Positions 13,335 to 28,453 of a stretch of 64,000 nt of DNA are shown in pieces. The translations under genes and the position numbers were made by a program. Within the stretch, counting starts at the first letter, position 1, and the number at the start of each line of letters is the position of its first letter. The stretch is from Eledone cirrhosa (Eukaryota): contig OZ024741.1 in the NCBI GenBank assembly GCA_964016885.1, forward strand, positions 188,108,001 through 188,172,000, given 5' to 3'. The notes under the pieces are model-generated. The model saw only the letters and a program-made list of their open reading frames with translations, was not told the origin of the DNA and made no database searches.

Positions 13335-13522
13335 TGTGTCTGTGTATATGTGTATATATATATATGTGTGTGTGTCTGTGTCTGTGTATATGTGTATATA
13401 TATATATGTGTGTGTGTCTGTGTATATGTGTGTGTGTATGTACTTGTGTGTATACGTGTGTTTGTATGTGTCTGTGTGTGTGTGTGTATATATATATATG
13501 TGTGTGTGTCTGTGTATATGTG

Positions 13523-13572
<50 letters not shown>

Positions 13573-13716
13573 TGTATGTGCTTGTATGTATACGTGTGTT
13601 TGTATGTATGTCTGTGTGTGTGTATATATATATATATGTGTGTCTGTGTCTGTGTATATGTGTGTGTGTGTATGTACTTGTGTGTATACGTGTGTTTGTA
13701 TGTGTCTGTGTGTGTG

Positions 13717-13747
<31 letters not shown>

Positions 13748-13748
13748 C

Positions 13749-13797
<49 letters not shown>

Positions 13798-13952
13798 CTG
13801 TGTATATATATATATGTGTGTGTGTGTATGTGCTTGTATGTATACGTGTGTTTGTATGTATGTCTGTGTGTGTGTGTATATATATATGTGTGTGTGTCTG
13901 CGTATATGTGTATATATATATATGTGTGTGTGTGTGTGTATACGTGTGTTTG

Positions 13953-13993
<41 letters not shown>

Positions 13994-13995
13994 CA
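13045..13995. repeat. Higher-order (TA)/(TG) compound satellite
   Basis: Recurrent tatgt(a/g)cttgt(g/a)tgtatacgtgtgtttgtatgt block among dinucleotide runs. Confidence 0.9.
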
Positions 13996-14399
13996 TTGTA
14001 TGAATATCTGTATGTCTGGGTTGCGGGTGCACGCCTTCTGGTGAGCAAAACTGAAAGTGGTGAAACGCCATCTAGTGGATGGAATAAAGACTTAAAGAAA
14101 AAAAAAATTGTCGATAATTAGAACATGAAGAGAAAGATGAAAGAGAGAGGATGTGTGGGGTGGGGAGTTGAAGAGGGAGTATAAAAATAGCAATGACTGA
14201 ATGAAGGAAGGGGAGGTAAGACTGAGGGACGCGGTAGTAGGATATTTAGAGTGGGAGTGGTAATAGAAGTATAGTAATAGAAGTGAGACAGAGGCAGAGG
14301 GAAAAGGGAGTAGAGAGAGTGAGGTGTTGAGACATAGATAGGAGAGAAAGAGAAGATAAAAGATATGTTAGAGTGAGGAGAGGAATAGAGGTGGAAATG

Positions 14400-14750
14400 A
14401 TGGGAGAGATAGATAGATATATATATATAGAGAGAGAGAGGGGGGGAGACAAACAGACAGAGAGAGAGGGGGAAGATATATAGAGGGGCAGAGAGAGAGA
14501 GAAACAGAGATAAATAGATAGATAGATAGATAGTGAGAGAGAGAGAAAGGGGGAAAGGGGGGGGGTCAGACAAACAGACAGAGAGAGAGAGGGGGATAGA
14601 GAGAGGAACAGAGAGAGAACAGAGAGAGAGGGGAAAAACAGACAGAGAGAGAAACAGAGAGGTAAAGAGACAGAGAGAAGGAGAGAGAAACAGAGAGCGG
14701 GAGAGAGAGAGAGGTAAAGAGACAGTGAGAGAGAGAGAGAGAGAGAGATC
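14400..14750. repeat. Degenerate (GA)n polypurine tract
   Basis: Visible; explains the Ser/Leu and Arg/Glu ORFs. Confidence 0.85.
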
Positions 14751-14882
14751 AATGAAGTGTGTCAATGGTAAAAGAGAGCTGTGTGATGGGTGGAGGTGAT
14801 ACGAGGTCAAGGTTTCAGTGAGTCATACAAGTGGACAGAAACAACTAGTTAGGCCAGCGGTCAACAGTTTCACTGGATAGTT

Positions 14883-14986
<104 letters not shown>

Positions 14987-15060
14987 ACACATACACATAT
15001 ACACACACACACACACTTTCTCTCATTTTATCTCACTTTATGTATAGAGAAACTATATAT

Positions 15061-15236
15061 ATATAGGAAAAAGAATGACCACGACGGCAGAGCTCAAACC
15101 GTTTCGACGGCTATTTCTGGACTGAGTCCAGAAATAGCCGTCATACCTTTTCCTATTACCCACTCTACTACCCTAAGTATTGAGTACTCTGGTGCGTTAT
15201 GGTCCATCTGGTTCCTTACCACAAATCCTTCGTTAT
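15061..15236. mobile_element. Hammerhead family B fold-back fragment (internally deleted)
   Basis: gacggctatttctggact-g-agtccagaaatagccgtc hairpin; the tail ttcctattacccactctactaccctaagtattgagtact...cttcgtta is the reverse complement of the starts at 32634 and 53988. Confidence 0.8.
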
Positions 15237-15505
15237 ATATATATATATACATTTGTTTCTTTCTTCTTCATCACTTTCTGCTGCTTAAACCATTTTGTTT
15301 GTTTACCCTAGCGTCCCCTTTATTTACGTGTCCCAGCGACTTTTTTTAGCCGTTGCTCGCACCAACCTGAGGTATATGGCCTTTAATGCGACGAAATGCC
15401 TACGACGGTTGGAAGGCCACTGATGAGGACAAACTTTTTCATATGTAACCCATTTGCAGCGCCGCAGCTCCATTATTATCATATATATATATATATATAT
15501 ATATT

Positions 15506-15537
<32 letters not shown>

Positions 15538-15745
15538 TTATTCCGGGTTCAATCGGGGGTAACCACAGTAAGTAAGGTACTCAATACATACCAGAGTATA
15601 AATGTTTAATATAGAAAAGCTTCTACAGGACTAGAACAGTTTCATTCGTGAGAAATCACCAGGAAGCTCTGATGATGATTTCCTGATGATTTCTCACGAA
15701 TGAAACAGCTCTAGTCCTGTAGAAGCTTTTCTATATTAAATATAT
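15538..15745. mobile_element. Hammerhead family A inverted pair (hammerheads at 15618-15667 minus and 15680-15726 plus)
   Basis: Plus arm TTC-CTGATGA-TTTCTCACGAAT-GAAACAG-CTCTAGTC-CTGT-A-GAAGC; the minus arm is its near mirror with stem I GCTTC/GAAGC. Confidence 0.85.
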
Positions 15746-15753
15746 ATATGCAT

Positions 15754-15824
<71 letters not shown>

Positions 15825-15979
15825 GTTATTCCGGGTTGAATCGGAGGTAACCACAGTAAGTAAGGTACATTTTAATGAATTCCTTTTTCTATCAACCAAT
15901 GACCTACACCCATCCCACTCCCCACCCTCTCCTACCACTTGTAGAGACCTATAAATACCATATTTATTTTTTGATACCC

Positions 15980-16030
15980 AGATTCCTGATGATTTCTAAA
16001 GAATGAAACAGTTCTAGTCCTGTAGAATCT
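15980..16030 (+). ncRNA. Intact type I hammerhead, family A; predicted cleavage after GUA at 16024
   Basis: AGATTC-CTGATGA-TTTCTAAAGAAT-GAA-ACAG-TTCTAGTC-CTGT-A-GAATCT. Confidence 0.85.
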
Positions 16031-16032
16031 CA

Positions 16033-16092
<60 letters not shown>

Positions 16093-16238
16093 CATAAAGG
16101 CGAAAGCTAATAGCGATCAACAAACATTAGGAAATACCTAAGTATATTCCTAATTAAACGTTCGGGGTGCTAACTATACTGTATTGTGTGGATAATTGGC
16201 TGTATCATTTCATATGAGATATATCAAATATATCACTT

Positions 16239-16361
16239 CCCAGACGACTCGTTTCATTATAAGATTTCTACAAGTTGGGTGAAATTATACCAAATTATGT
16301 AGAAGCTTGTATAAGATCAACAGATACTTATATAAGTGGGCTCTTATAATTCTTCAGTGGG
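16239..16361 (-). ncRNA. Type I hammerhead with a ~95-nt stem II domain
   Basis: CCCA-CTGAAGA-ATTATAAGA...TCTTATAAT-GAAACGAGTCGTC-TGGG. Confidence 0.72.
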
Positions 16362-16557
16362 TGCCCAATAATATTAATATTGATAACCAAATCAACATCA
16401 ATATTTAGCGATAATCACCATCAGTGTTTGAGGGAGGTGCTAGGTTGTTAGTCCAGCAGTTCTAAAGAAAATCTCACACTGTCTCGAAAATAGGAGGAAG
16501 GAGACTATATATATGCATATACACACACACACACACACACACATATATAGATATATA

Positions 16558-16701
<144 letters not shown>

Positions 16702-16749
16702 CACACACACATAGTTATATATATGTATGAATATATATATATATATAGT

Positions 16750-16813
<64 letters not shown>

Positions 16814-16977
16814 CACACACACATAGTTATATATATGTATGAATATATATATATATATATATATAGTTATAAATATATATATATATATAAAACTATATAT
16901 ATATATGTGTGTGTATATATATATATATATGAGAATAAACGTGCTGCGTGGTTGCAAATGGGTTAATATGTATATGC

Positions 16978-17029
<52 letters not shown>

Positions 17030-17127
17030 CGCTTCTCTCTCCACCTTCCCCACTCTCTAAATAGCTACCTTAGTTACCATTGAAACCAATAAACACCGTC
17101 TGTGTTTGTGTGGCGGGAGACAGTATG

Positions 17128-18567
<1,440 letters not shown>

Positions 18568-18597
18568 TAACTCGTGTGCTTCCTCTCCACATTTTAT

Positions 18598-18729
<132 letters not shown>

Positions 18730-18975
18730 GGTTATTAAGGTCTGGCACTATACCAGGTACGTACGTGTCGTTAGCTCTAAGGACCAACTTGTTCATTCTT
18801 CGCCGAAGAAAATGAACCGGAAAATGTTTACTCAAAAAAGAAAATACAGAACAATAGGGAAAGAGAGAAGAGCCCCAAAACAAAGGGCAAGTAATCTGGA
18901 TGATCTAGGGGAGGCAATTTGACCACCACCACTCTTAGTGTAAAGTTTGGGTTTGAAATAAATCTTTTGTGACAT

Positions 18976-19006
18976 CAGTCCTGGAACTTTTCTGAGACAC
19001 CTCGTA
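18976..19006 (-). mobile_element. Isolated Tc1/mariner-like terminal repeat; another at 44732-44760
   Basis: Reverse complements read TACGAGGTGTCTCAGAAAAGTTCC and TACAGGGTGATCCGAAAGTC, resembling mariner/Tc1 ends; no partner repeat found. Confidence 0.4.
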
Positions 19007-20929
19007 TATTGACTTATTGATTGTATGGTTCTTTCAATGCACGCTGTCGAGAGCCAAATTAAAATGATCATGATCGATTAATTTTTCATTGTCAGACTTT
19101 TCTGTTGCATTTTTGCGGCACATGCAGCGTCATTTGTTGTATGAACATTGTGAGTTCTTATTTTAGGTTTGAATTTTTATAACCATTCAGATGCGGATAG
19201 AATTCTTTTGAGATGTTCGGCCTTCTTTTCTGTAATCTCTCAGTTCAAATCCCTCCGATGTCAACTTTTTCATTAATCTTTTTCCTAGAAACTTATTTTA
19301 TTTTGTTACTCTATTAATAGAAATAAAATGAAAAGAATTTTAAGAAAAGTGGCTTAAATTTTTTTATGCCGACCTGCCTGAAACTGCCCACGGTTCTACG
19401 ATACAAAGCTGTTTATTTGAAAGTGTTTACATCTATCTAACGAGGTCAACTTTGCCTTTCCTCCATATAAGGTCGGTAAAATAAAGTACCAGACTAGTAC
19501 TGTGGTCGATTCTTCCTCTATATCTCTTTCTTACTTCCTTTTCCTCACTCTCTATACTCTTCTCTAGAGGAAATCTGGTGTATTCAGACCTGGAGAGGAG
19601 ATGGACTCCGCCAGGTTTAAGAATACCCTAGAAACGCCGCAAGCCAATATAGTGCCTCTACGACTCCCTCGGGTTCATACATACATATCTATATAAAATC
19701 CTCGTATGATAATTGTTTCTACTTTAGGCACAAGGCCAGCAATTACCCAGTGCATTACTGGTACTTTATTTTATCGACCCCGTAAGGATGAAAGGCAAAG
19801 TCAACCTCGGCGGGATTTGAACTCAGATCGTAAAGGGACGTAACTATGCTGGAAAGCATGGCGTCCGACCCTCTACCGATACTGCCAATCCTCGTATGAT
19901 AATGCTATGTAAGAACCTTTGCTAAAATATATTCCAAACATCAACTTAATTATGAGAAAATTAGTTATATTACTAAATCACTGCAAATTGCTGATAATTT
20001 TCAAATTGTAGGCACTGTTTTTTATTAGAGATATGGTAACGAAAGGGTCAGCCTTTTGATACCAAACAGCACCAAACCTCGTTTCGTGACATTTTAAAAT
20101 GGTTATATTCAAATGAAATGTGCGTATAATTTTATCTCAGAATATTTTGTTATTTTACTAAGACGCTCCAAATTAATTGAAAAATATAATCATTGTGGAT
20201 TGGCAGTATCGGTAGAGGGTCGAACGCCATGCTTTCCAGCATAGTTACGTCCCTTGACGATCTGAGTTCAAATCCCGCCGAGGTTGACTTTGCCTTTCAT
20301 CCTTACGGGGTCGATAAAATAAAGTACCAGTAATGGACTGGTTAATTGCTGGCCTTGTGCCAAAAGTAGAAACAATTATATATGAATATAGTAATATAAA
20401 AAATATATAATATTTATTTATACATATATTATATTATATTATATTATATTATATTATAAAAGGGTGGTGGATTGGCAGTATCGGTAGAGGGTCGGACGCC
20501 ATGCTTTCCAGCATAGTTACGTCCCTTTACGATCTGAGTTCAAATCCCGCCGAGGTTGACTTTGCCTTTCATCCTTACGGGGTCGATAAAATAAAGTACC
20601 AGTAATGCACTGGGTAATTGCTGGCCTTGTGCCTAAATTAGAAACAATTATATTGCATAAACCATATGGTAATGAAATTGATTTCATTTTGATAGCCACG
20701 ACGCTTAGAGGGATTGTGTAGTGTGTGTGTGTGTGTGTGTAGTGTGTGTAGTGTGTGTGTGTGTAGTGTGTGTGTGTGTAGTGTGTGTAGTGTGTGTGTG
20801 TGTGTGTGTAATTTAGCGGTTTGAAAAAAGAAAGATCAATAAAACAGATACCAGGCCTTGAAAAAAGTACTAGGGTCGAAGTAATAGACAAGTCTTATAT
20901 ATATACATATATATATACTGGCGGTGTGC

Positions 20930-21365
20930 ACTCTTTCCCCCTCTTTCTTCGTTGTTACCTCTCTTTCCCTCTCTTTACATCTCTTTCCCCTTTCCATTTA
21001 TTCAACGCCTTTCACCCCTTCCTTCCCTTCCTCCCCTTCCTTTCCTTCCTTTCCTTCCTTTCCTTCCTCTCTTTACTTTTCCTTCTTCCCCCCTTTCCTT
21101 TCTTCCTCACTCTCCTACTTTTCCTACCCCTTCCTTTTTCCCCCTTCGTACCCTTCGTACCCTTCGTACCTTTCCACCCTTTCCTTCCCATCCTCCCTTT
21201 CCTCCTCTTCTCCTACTTCCCCTCCTTCTAATCTTTCCTCGCTTTCCACACCTACCATCCCTTCCCCACATTTTACTCTCTTTCTCCTTCTTTCCCTCTC
21301 TTTTATCCCCTACCCCTTTCCTTTCCCCCCTCCCTCTCCTTCCTTTCCTCCTCCCCTTCCCTTCT
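20930..21365. repeat. Polypyrimidine (CCTT/CT-rich) tract
   Basis: Visible; source of the Pro/Phe/Ser ORFs. Confidence 0.85.
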
Positions 21366-22311
21366 ATATTGTTCTCTGCAAAATGATAGATGTGTGGTTA
21401 CTTATGACATTTGTAGTGTGCAACAGCTTATTATGAGTTATTCTGTGAGCTATTTCTAGCGTTGCTACTGACTACTTTCATTTTATCGAACATTGTAATT
21501 TTATTTTTATTCTACACCTGGCCTGAGCGATGGCTGGTCTCCCGTTCTATGGGAACAATCTAGTTTTGGAGACACGGGAGCTGAAATTCAGTACCCCTGT
21601 AGCGTTTTGGAATTTAGACATATTTGCAAGGGTGGTGGAACTGCCAGGAGGTCCATTCCCCCACCCCCACCCCACCCCATTCCCAATAATTATATTTCTC
21701 TCTCCAAACTACCAAAACACACATCTATTTGTATATCATCATCATCATCACCATCACCACCATCACCATCACCGTTTTACGTCCATTCTTCCACGCTAGC
21801 ATGGGTTAGACGGGTTGTCCTGTTGTGGACAATGCCAGGTCGGGTGACCTTGTCTTGCTCATACAATTTATGTACATGTTATGTTTATCGCATATCGAAG
21901 TTTTTTATATCTTGGTTGATATTTGATAACAGCTCAACTAATCACTACAACTAAATTGACCAAATGTTCCCCCTACCCCCACTCCAATTCAGAAATTATT
22001 CCACCACCCCTGATTTGAGGGGATATATTCGTGCTGTTGATTCCAAAATTGGTATCGCATTTGCTCTATCAGTTAAAATTAATTAATGATCAGGTTCTTT
22101 TTATATAGAATTAAATAACAGCAATAATAATCCTATTAATACATTACATACTATTAAGTCAACAGCATTTTATAAACCAGTTTATTTCAGCACAAAGTTG
22201 GAAGCGCTCCTCTGCATTTGAATCTATAGTGACTGTAAGAGAAAAGTAAACATAAATTGCATAAAATTATCGGTCAGTTAACATAGAAGCTTCATTTATG
22301 TGACTTTTCTA

Positions 22312-22438
22312 CAGTGCCGGATTTAGGACAAATGAAGTCATGTGCTAGTTAAGTTTTGAGGCTCCAAATATTTTTTAAAAATTCATCGCAGGGCCCTGTG
22401 CTTAAGCACACCTAAGCACAATGGTAACTCTGGCACTG
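22312..22438. mobile_element. 127-bp hAT-like MITE
   Basis: TIRs CAGTGCCGGATTTA / TAACTCTGGCACTG (12/14) and 8-bp flanks cttttcta / gttttcta. Confidence 0.75.
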
Positions 22439-22787
22439 GTTTTCTAGAGCAGCTATGGAGAACTTACGGCTCTTTAGTCTGTCTTGTGTAGCAGTTAAGC
22501 TTTCGGGTATTTAAGCAATTTCAGATAAGACTGAAAGCCAAAAATAACAGTGAGTAAGAAAAAAATAAGCTAAGTTCATGTCTTCTTGGATGTATGTTTG
22601 TTTATAAATTTTGCAGTTCCGATAGTTCTTCAGATTGAAAAGGGTTTCGACCGCTCTAAAGTAACGACATTCGATTGACAAGATCCCAGACTTCGGTCGT
22701 CAAATCGGCCCGAGGAAACGATGTTTCCATTAGTCTTTCCAATTGCTAATACTATCTATCGGTTGCAAGTATAGTTTCCTAAATTCT

Positions 22788-22955
22788 CGCAATAATCTGC
22801 CAGCATATTCCTTAGTACCTCTCTTCCATTGTTGTTATATCTTAATGAAATTTTTCTCCCTGCACTTCGTTTAAATCAGCAATTTTTTTTCTGGAAAGCG
22901 ATCTATATGACCGCAGAGATAACAGACCTTCATGTTCAAGTTACAGCCACTCTTA
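22788..22955 (-). pseudogene. DNA transposase C-terminal remnant (probably Chapaev3/Transib-related)
   Basis: Frameshifted translation GCNLNMKVCYLCGHIDRFPE..ADLNEVQGEKFH*DITTMEERY..NMLADYC resembles the GCNMSxKxHxLHSHxDxFPENLGxxSEEQGERFHQDI motif; superfamily assignment is from memory. Confidence 0.6.
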
Positions 22956-23219
22956 TTGATTTAGAATACTTTTTCTCCTATTCGTTACTAACGTGTGTGT
23001 GTGTATAAACTAACATTGACGTCAGATTCCTTCTCTAACTCCAAACATGCAAGCGAACCCGCCCCTATAAAAATATATAAATAAAATAAAGAACCAAGAA
23101 AACTAAGAAATCAATAACAAATATACTATCGATTATATTTTGATATTTTTATTTTCTTTCATTTTTCTCCCAGCCACCACTCTTTTTCCTGTCTGATGTT
23201 GTGTTTCTCGGTCAGAAAG

Positions 23220-23255
<36 letters not shown>

Positions 23256-23527
23256 ATAGGTGTGTGTATGTGCGAGTGTCTACGTGCATCAAAGACAGTA
23301 TATAAGTGTGATGGAGTCTGTATTGTGTTCTGGAGCAGACGACCATCGATCGTCGTCTGCTCCAGAACAAATCAATGGTGATCGTTTGGACAGTTCAAGG
23401 GCGCCATAATAGTCGCGGCCATTGTTGTTCCGTTTATGTTCAACAGAACACAACTTATATGATTGTTTCACTGTTTAAATGCAACGTCTGTCTGTATGTA
23501 TACGTGGTGTGTATCTATGCACGTATG

Positions 23528-23561
<34 letters not shown>

Positions 23562-23666
23562 TGTATGCATGTGTGTGTATATGTGTGTGTGTGTGTCGTA
23601 TTTGTGTGTATGTATTCAGCTGTGAATGTATGCATGTAAGTGTTTGTGTATATATATATATATGTT

Positions 23667-23712
<46 letters not shown>

Positions 23713-23744
23713 TATATATATATGTGTATATATATATATGTATG

Positions 23745-23836
<92 letters not shown>

Positions 23837-23908
23837 TACAAACATATATATATATACAAACATATATATATATACATACATATATATATATACATATATA
23901 TATATATC

Positions 23909-23987
<79 letters not shown>

Positions 23988-24020
23988 AGAGAGAGAGAGA
24001 GAAAGAGAGAATGAGAGAGA

Positions 24021-24060
<40 letters not shown>

Positions 24061-24070
24061 GAGAGAGAGC

Positions 24071-24146
<76 letters not shown>

Positions 24147-24498
24147 GTGGGAGAGAGAAATAGTGAGTGTCTGAATGTGTATAGCCATCTAGTTATGTCT
24201 GCGTATTTGTTTTTGTGGGTGTGTTTGTGTGCTTGTCTAGTGTAAATGAAATGTACCTGGTTGGTTTTATAAATGAGTGTGTGTGTTTGCAAATCCATAA
24301 GTGTGTATGTCTAGGGTGTGTGTAAGTGAGTGAATGTGTATGTGAGAATGAGAGGGAGGGTGAGGGGTAAAGAGGGAACGTAAGACATTAGTCACTACAT
24401 AAGGAGACGCTTTCATCATTTTTAACGGACCCACATCCACATACATACATACATACATACATACATACATACATACATACATACATACATACATACAT

Positions 24499-26627
24499 AC
24501 AGTCTGGCTGGACTACAGGAAAGCTTTCGATTCTGTTCCCCACTCTTGGATGATAGAGGCCATCCAACTTGCTAAAGTCAAAGACATTATTATCAGAGCA
24601 ATAGAGAAGCTGTCTTCTTCTTGGGCTACTATCCTAAGGTTAAAGACAGAGAAGGAGGACTCTATTTTCACTGATAAAATAAAATATTGCAGGGGTATAT
24701 TTCAGGGGGACAGTCTCTCTGTGATATTATTCATCTTGTCATTAAACCCCTTGTCCTTTCTGCTCAAGAAATGTGAAGGATTCATCATTGGCTCACAGGA
24801 CAGGAATACGAACCTAACCCATAATTTCTTTGTGGATGATCTGAAACTTTATGCCAAGAACATGGATGGGATGAAGAAAAATCTTGACCTGGTTACAACG
24901 TTCTCAAAGGATACGGGAATGGGGTTGGCCAAGATAAATGCTCATATATGACTGTAAAGCGGGGAAAAACCACAACCCAATCATCAATGCAACATTGTCA
25001 TCAATGGCCTAACTGTTTCACCGATATCTGATGAGGACTGCTACAGATACCCGGGGATAGATGAGAACATATCCTATAATGGTATCTGTAATAAGGAACG
25101 CGTAACCAGGGAATACTACACCCGATTAAGAAAGATTTGGTCATCGGAACTCTATGCGCAAAACAAGACAGTGGCTGACAATGTGTTTGATATGCCTGTC
25201 CTAACACCAACGTTTGGAATACTCAATTGGACGATAGACGAAATCCGAGCAGTTGATGTTGGAACGCGAAAAATACTAAACAACACCGGAAACCGCCACA
25301 TCAACAGTGACATAGACCGCCTTTACTTGAAATGTAAACAGGGAGGCAGAGGTCTAACATCAGTCCAGACAGCATTTGAATGTCGCATCATATCCCTCCG
25401 ACATCTACGAACCTTGAACCGCAGGAGCCCGTCTCTCGAACAAGTCTATCTGCATGAAACAGATAAGATCATGAGAGTTGGGAAGGAACTCCTCGAGAGA
25501 TATTCCCTGTGTGATAATCAAGAACTCACACCCAGAGAAGTCGCTCAACAGTATCGCAGTGAATTCATGGATGAAAAACTGCATGCTCATCAGCAAAAAA
25601 TTCATGCATGGATATGCTGCCAGGAAGCTCCAGAGTGAGAGTAATATAGATAAGGAAAGTAGTCTATCTTGGACCAACAACCGCTATATTGGCTCCCACT
25701 TTGAAGGATACGCTTTTGCAATCCAAGAACAGGAAATTAACACGAAATATCTGATTCACAAAAGAGATAGGCATGCAGGCAAACATCTAGATGTGATAAC
25801 AAGTGCAGACTCTGCAGAATTAACATCGAAGATGTCACCCATGTCATCAGCAGCTATCCAAAGATGTCATCGCGGTACTATCTACCTATGAGGCATGATG
25901 TAGTGGCCAAAACACTGTACAATGCATTCCGTAGAAGAGATAGCCCCGATAATAAACACATTAAAAGCTACAGTAATGTGGAAGACATCCATGTACATAA
26001 TATGAAAGAGTACTGGTGGAATGTTCCAGTAAAAACCCCAATAAAATGCAGGCATAACAGACCCGATATTATGATATGGGACAGGGAGAAGAAAGCATGC
26101 ACAGTAGTGGAAATTAGCTGCCCAGCAGATGCCACTATAGTATCAAAGATTAGCGAAAAGGAGAATATTTAAGCAGAACTGATGAGAAATCGGCAGATAC
26201 TCCACCCTGATTACACCTTCAGATTTATGCCTGTGATTATTGGGGCACTGGGGGATGTTAGTAACTGCCTCAATACAAATCTTGAGAAGCTAGGCTTCAC
26301 AGGAACAGAAAGAACACAACTAGTTAGGAAATTACAAGTACAATCCATTAATGGAACAGTAAAAATATGTAAAACATTCCAAAAATGTTGCATCTAATAA
26401 CTGCATATACACATGTACAGATACAAAGCATATACACGTGCATACATACAACTCAAAACATCCACATCCACACATACAATAACATCCATATCTACACATG
26501 CATGCATACATACATAATCTACCTAGTTGATGTTGTGTAAATTCCAATGAGAGAGTCTTGTGTCTATGTTAGAAACCGACTCTTTCTCTATTGGTAAACA
26601 TTTGTGAAATTATAAAACCAGAAGAAC
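24499..26627 (+). pseudogene. 5'-truncated R4/Dong-like RT-RLE element, family RLE-2, flanked by (CATA)n on both sides
   Basis: VWLDYRKAFDSVPHSW, GIFQGDSLS, HNFFVDDLKLY, KQGGRGL, AIQEQEI, RHDVVAK, HNRPDIMIWD..VEISCP, KICKTF; several frameshifts and stops. Confidence 0.92.
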
Positions 26628-26857
26628 ATACATACGTACATACATACATACATACACACACACATCCATACATACATGCATGCATACATACATACATACA
26701 AATATACATACATACATACATACATACATACATACATACATACATACATACATACATACATACATACATACATACGTTCGAACATACACACATACATACA
26801 TACATACATACATACATGCATACATACATACATACATACATACATGCATACACACAT

Positions 26858-28453
26858 ACAAGGTGGCTGCCAACTCGTTTTCGTGTACGGCCACTACTTT
26901 ATATCCATGTTGGAGAACCCCTACCGATGCCCTGAACGAGTGTGGCTTTTTAGTGCAGCCAGCGACCTGAAAACTCTGGTAGAAACACTACACTTGTGAC
27001 AATTATTGACACCTAGTGCTGGGCCCATGGCACCATGTAACCCGAGGTGTCGTGTGAGATCACGACTCGACCTGCATAACCTTCCACAAACATCACATGT
27101 CGTCGTCTGATGAACACTTATAGCTCTATAGGTGCCTTCTTCCCTGTTCTTGTGCACTCTCGGGTGACTCTTTAGACCTGCCATGCTCAGACAAACCCTA
27201 TTACAGGTCTCACATGTCAGGTCAGGCCGTCTGTCAGTGCCTTCGGGAAAGCCAACATGGATTCCTTTCCGGACATCTCTTTTTAGTGTCGCGTGCCTTC
27301 TTGTTTCCTCAAATAGACTTTTGCCACTAGCCACTGCTTTCCTCCACTGCGATCGGTCGCTGGCGCATGCTTCCCAGTGCTCACAAGGGATGTTACTTTT
27401 CTTGAGCGCCCCCTTGATGCAGTCCTTAAAACGCATCTTGGGTTTGCTCGCGTTCCTGTTTCCCATTTGGAGCTCGCCATAAAGCAGCTGCTTCGGCATT
27501 CGCTGTCATTCATCCTTACAAGATGGCCTGTCCAGCGCAGCTGATGTTTCAAAATCAAGGACTCGACACTATCACAGCCACTTCTGTCCAGAACCTCGAC
27601 GTCACTGACAAACATTTGCCAAGTTATGCCGAGGATCCGACGTAAGCAGTACTGGTGGAACCTCTCAAGTCGCTTCATCTGTCTACGGTAGACCACCCAC
27701 GTCTCACAAGCATAAAGAAGTGCCGCGAGCACACACGCATGATACACTTTGAGCTTTGTCTTTACCAAAATTCCGTGTTGAGACCAGAGACGCTTGTTCA
27801 GTTTTCCAAAAGCATCCATGAGATGCTGCATATCAATCTCCGTGTGCACTACCAGGTCACAGTCATCTGCATAAAGTAAATCCCTGATTAGTGACAAGTG
27901 AACCTTTGACTTAGCATTGAACCTCCTGATATTAAACAGCTTTCCAGTTGATCGATAGCGAACATATATACCATGATTGCAGTTCCCGAAGGCCTGTTCG
28001 AAGACAATGGAGAAGTACAAAGCAAAGAGCGTTGGAGCTGGAATGTCACCCTGTTTGACTCCATTCTCGACCGTCACCGGCTCAGAGAGCTTACCACCAA
28101 CATTTACCCATGCCTTCATGTCATCATGGAACAAACGCAAAATGGAAACAAACTTCTCAGGGCACCCCAGCTTCCTCAAGATATCCCATAAAGCCTTTCT
28201 GTTGACCGTGTCAAACACCTTTGTCAGACCAACAAACACCTGGTAGAGATCCACATTCTGCTCAACACACTTTTCCTGCAGTTGTCTGGCTGTAAAGATC
28301 ATGTCCACAGTGCCACGCCCAGCCCGACAGCCCGATTACGACTCTGGTAGAGCTTCATCAGCAATGTGGAGCAATAAACGGTCCAACAGAATTCTACAGA
28401 GAACTTTTCCGACAACAGACAACAGTGATATCCCACGATAGTTTCCGCAGTCA
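26858..28453 (-). pseudogene. 5'-truncated RTE-clade LINE (RT plus three C-terminal C2H2-type fingers), internally deleted, with (TATG)n tail
   Basis: CGNYRGISLLS, DMIFTARQLQEKC, GVKQGD, LLYADD, LLYACETW, LRWTGHLVRM, PKQLLYGEL; fingers CETC..H..H, CDVC..H..H and a degenerate third finger. Confidence 0.92.

Noticed and set aside
14022-14090. Hammerhead-like CTGGTGA...GAAAC
   Set aside because: Core mutated and stems I and II do not pair convincingly.
13175-14121. Long Cys/Val/Tyr or His/Thr ORFs (also 9434, 16513, 23375, 34561, 38060, 51452, 52660, 60634)
   Set aside because: Pure microsatellite translations open in several frames and on both strands.
15370-15440. Type II/III hammerhead (TGGCCTT/AAGGCCA followed by CTGATGA)
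   Set aside because: Stem I and the first core box are good, but no stem II partner or GAAA is present; incomplete.
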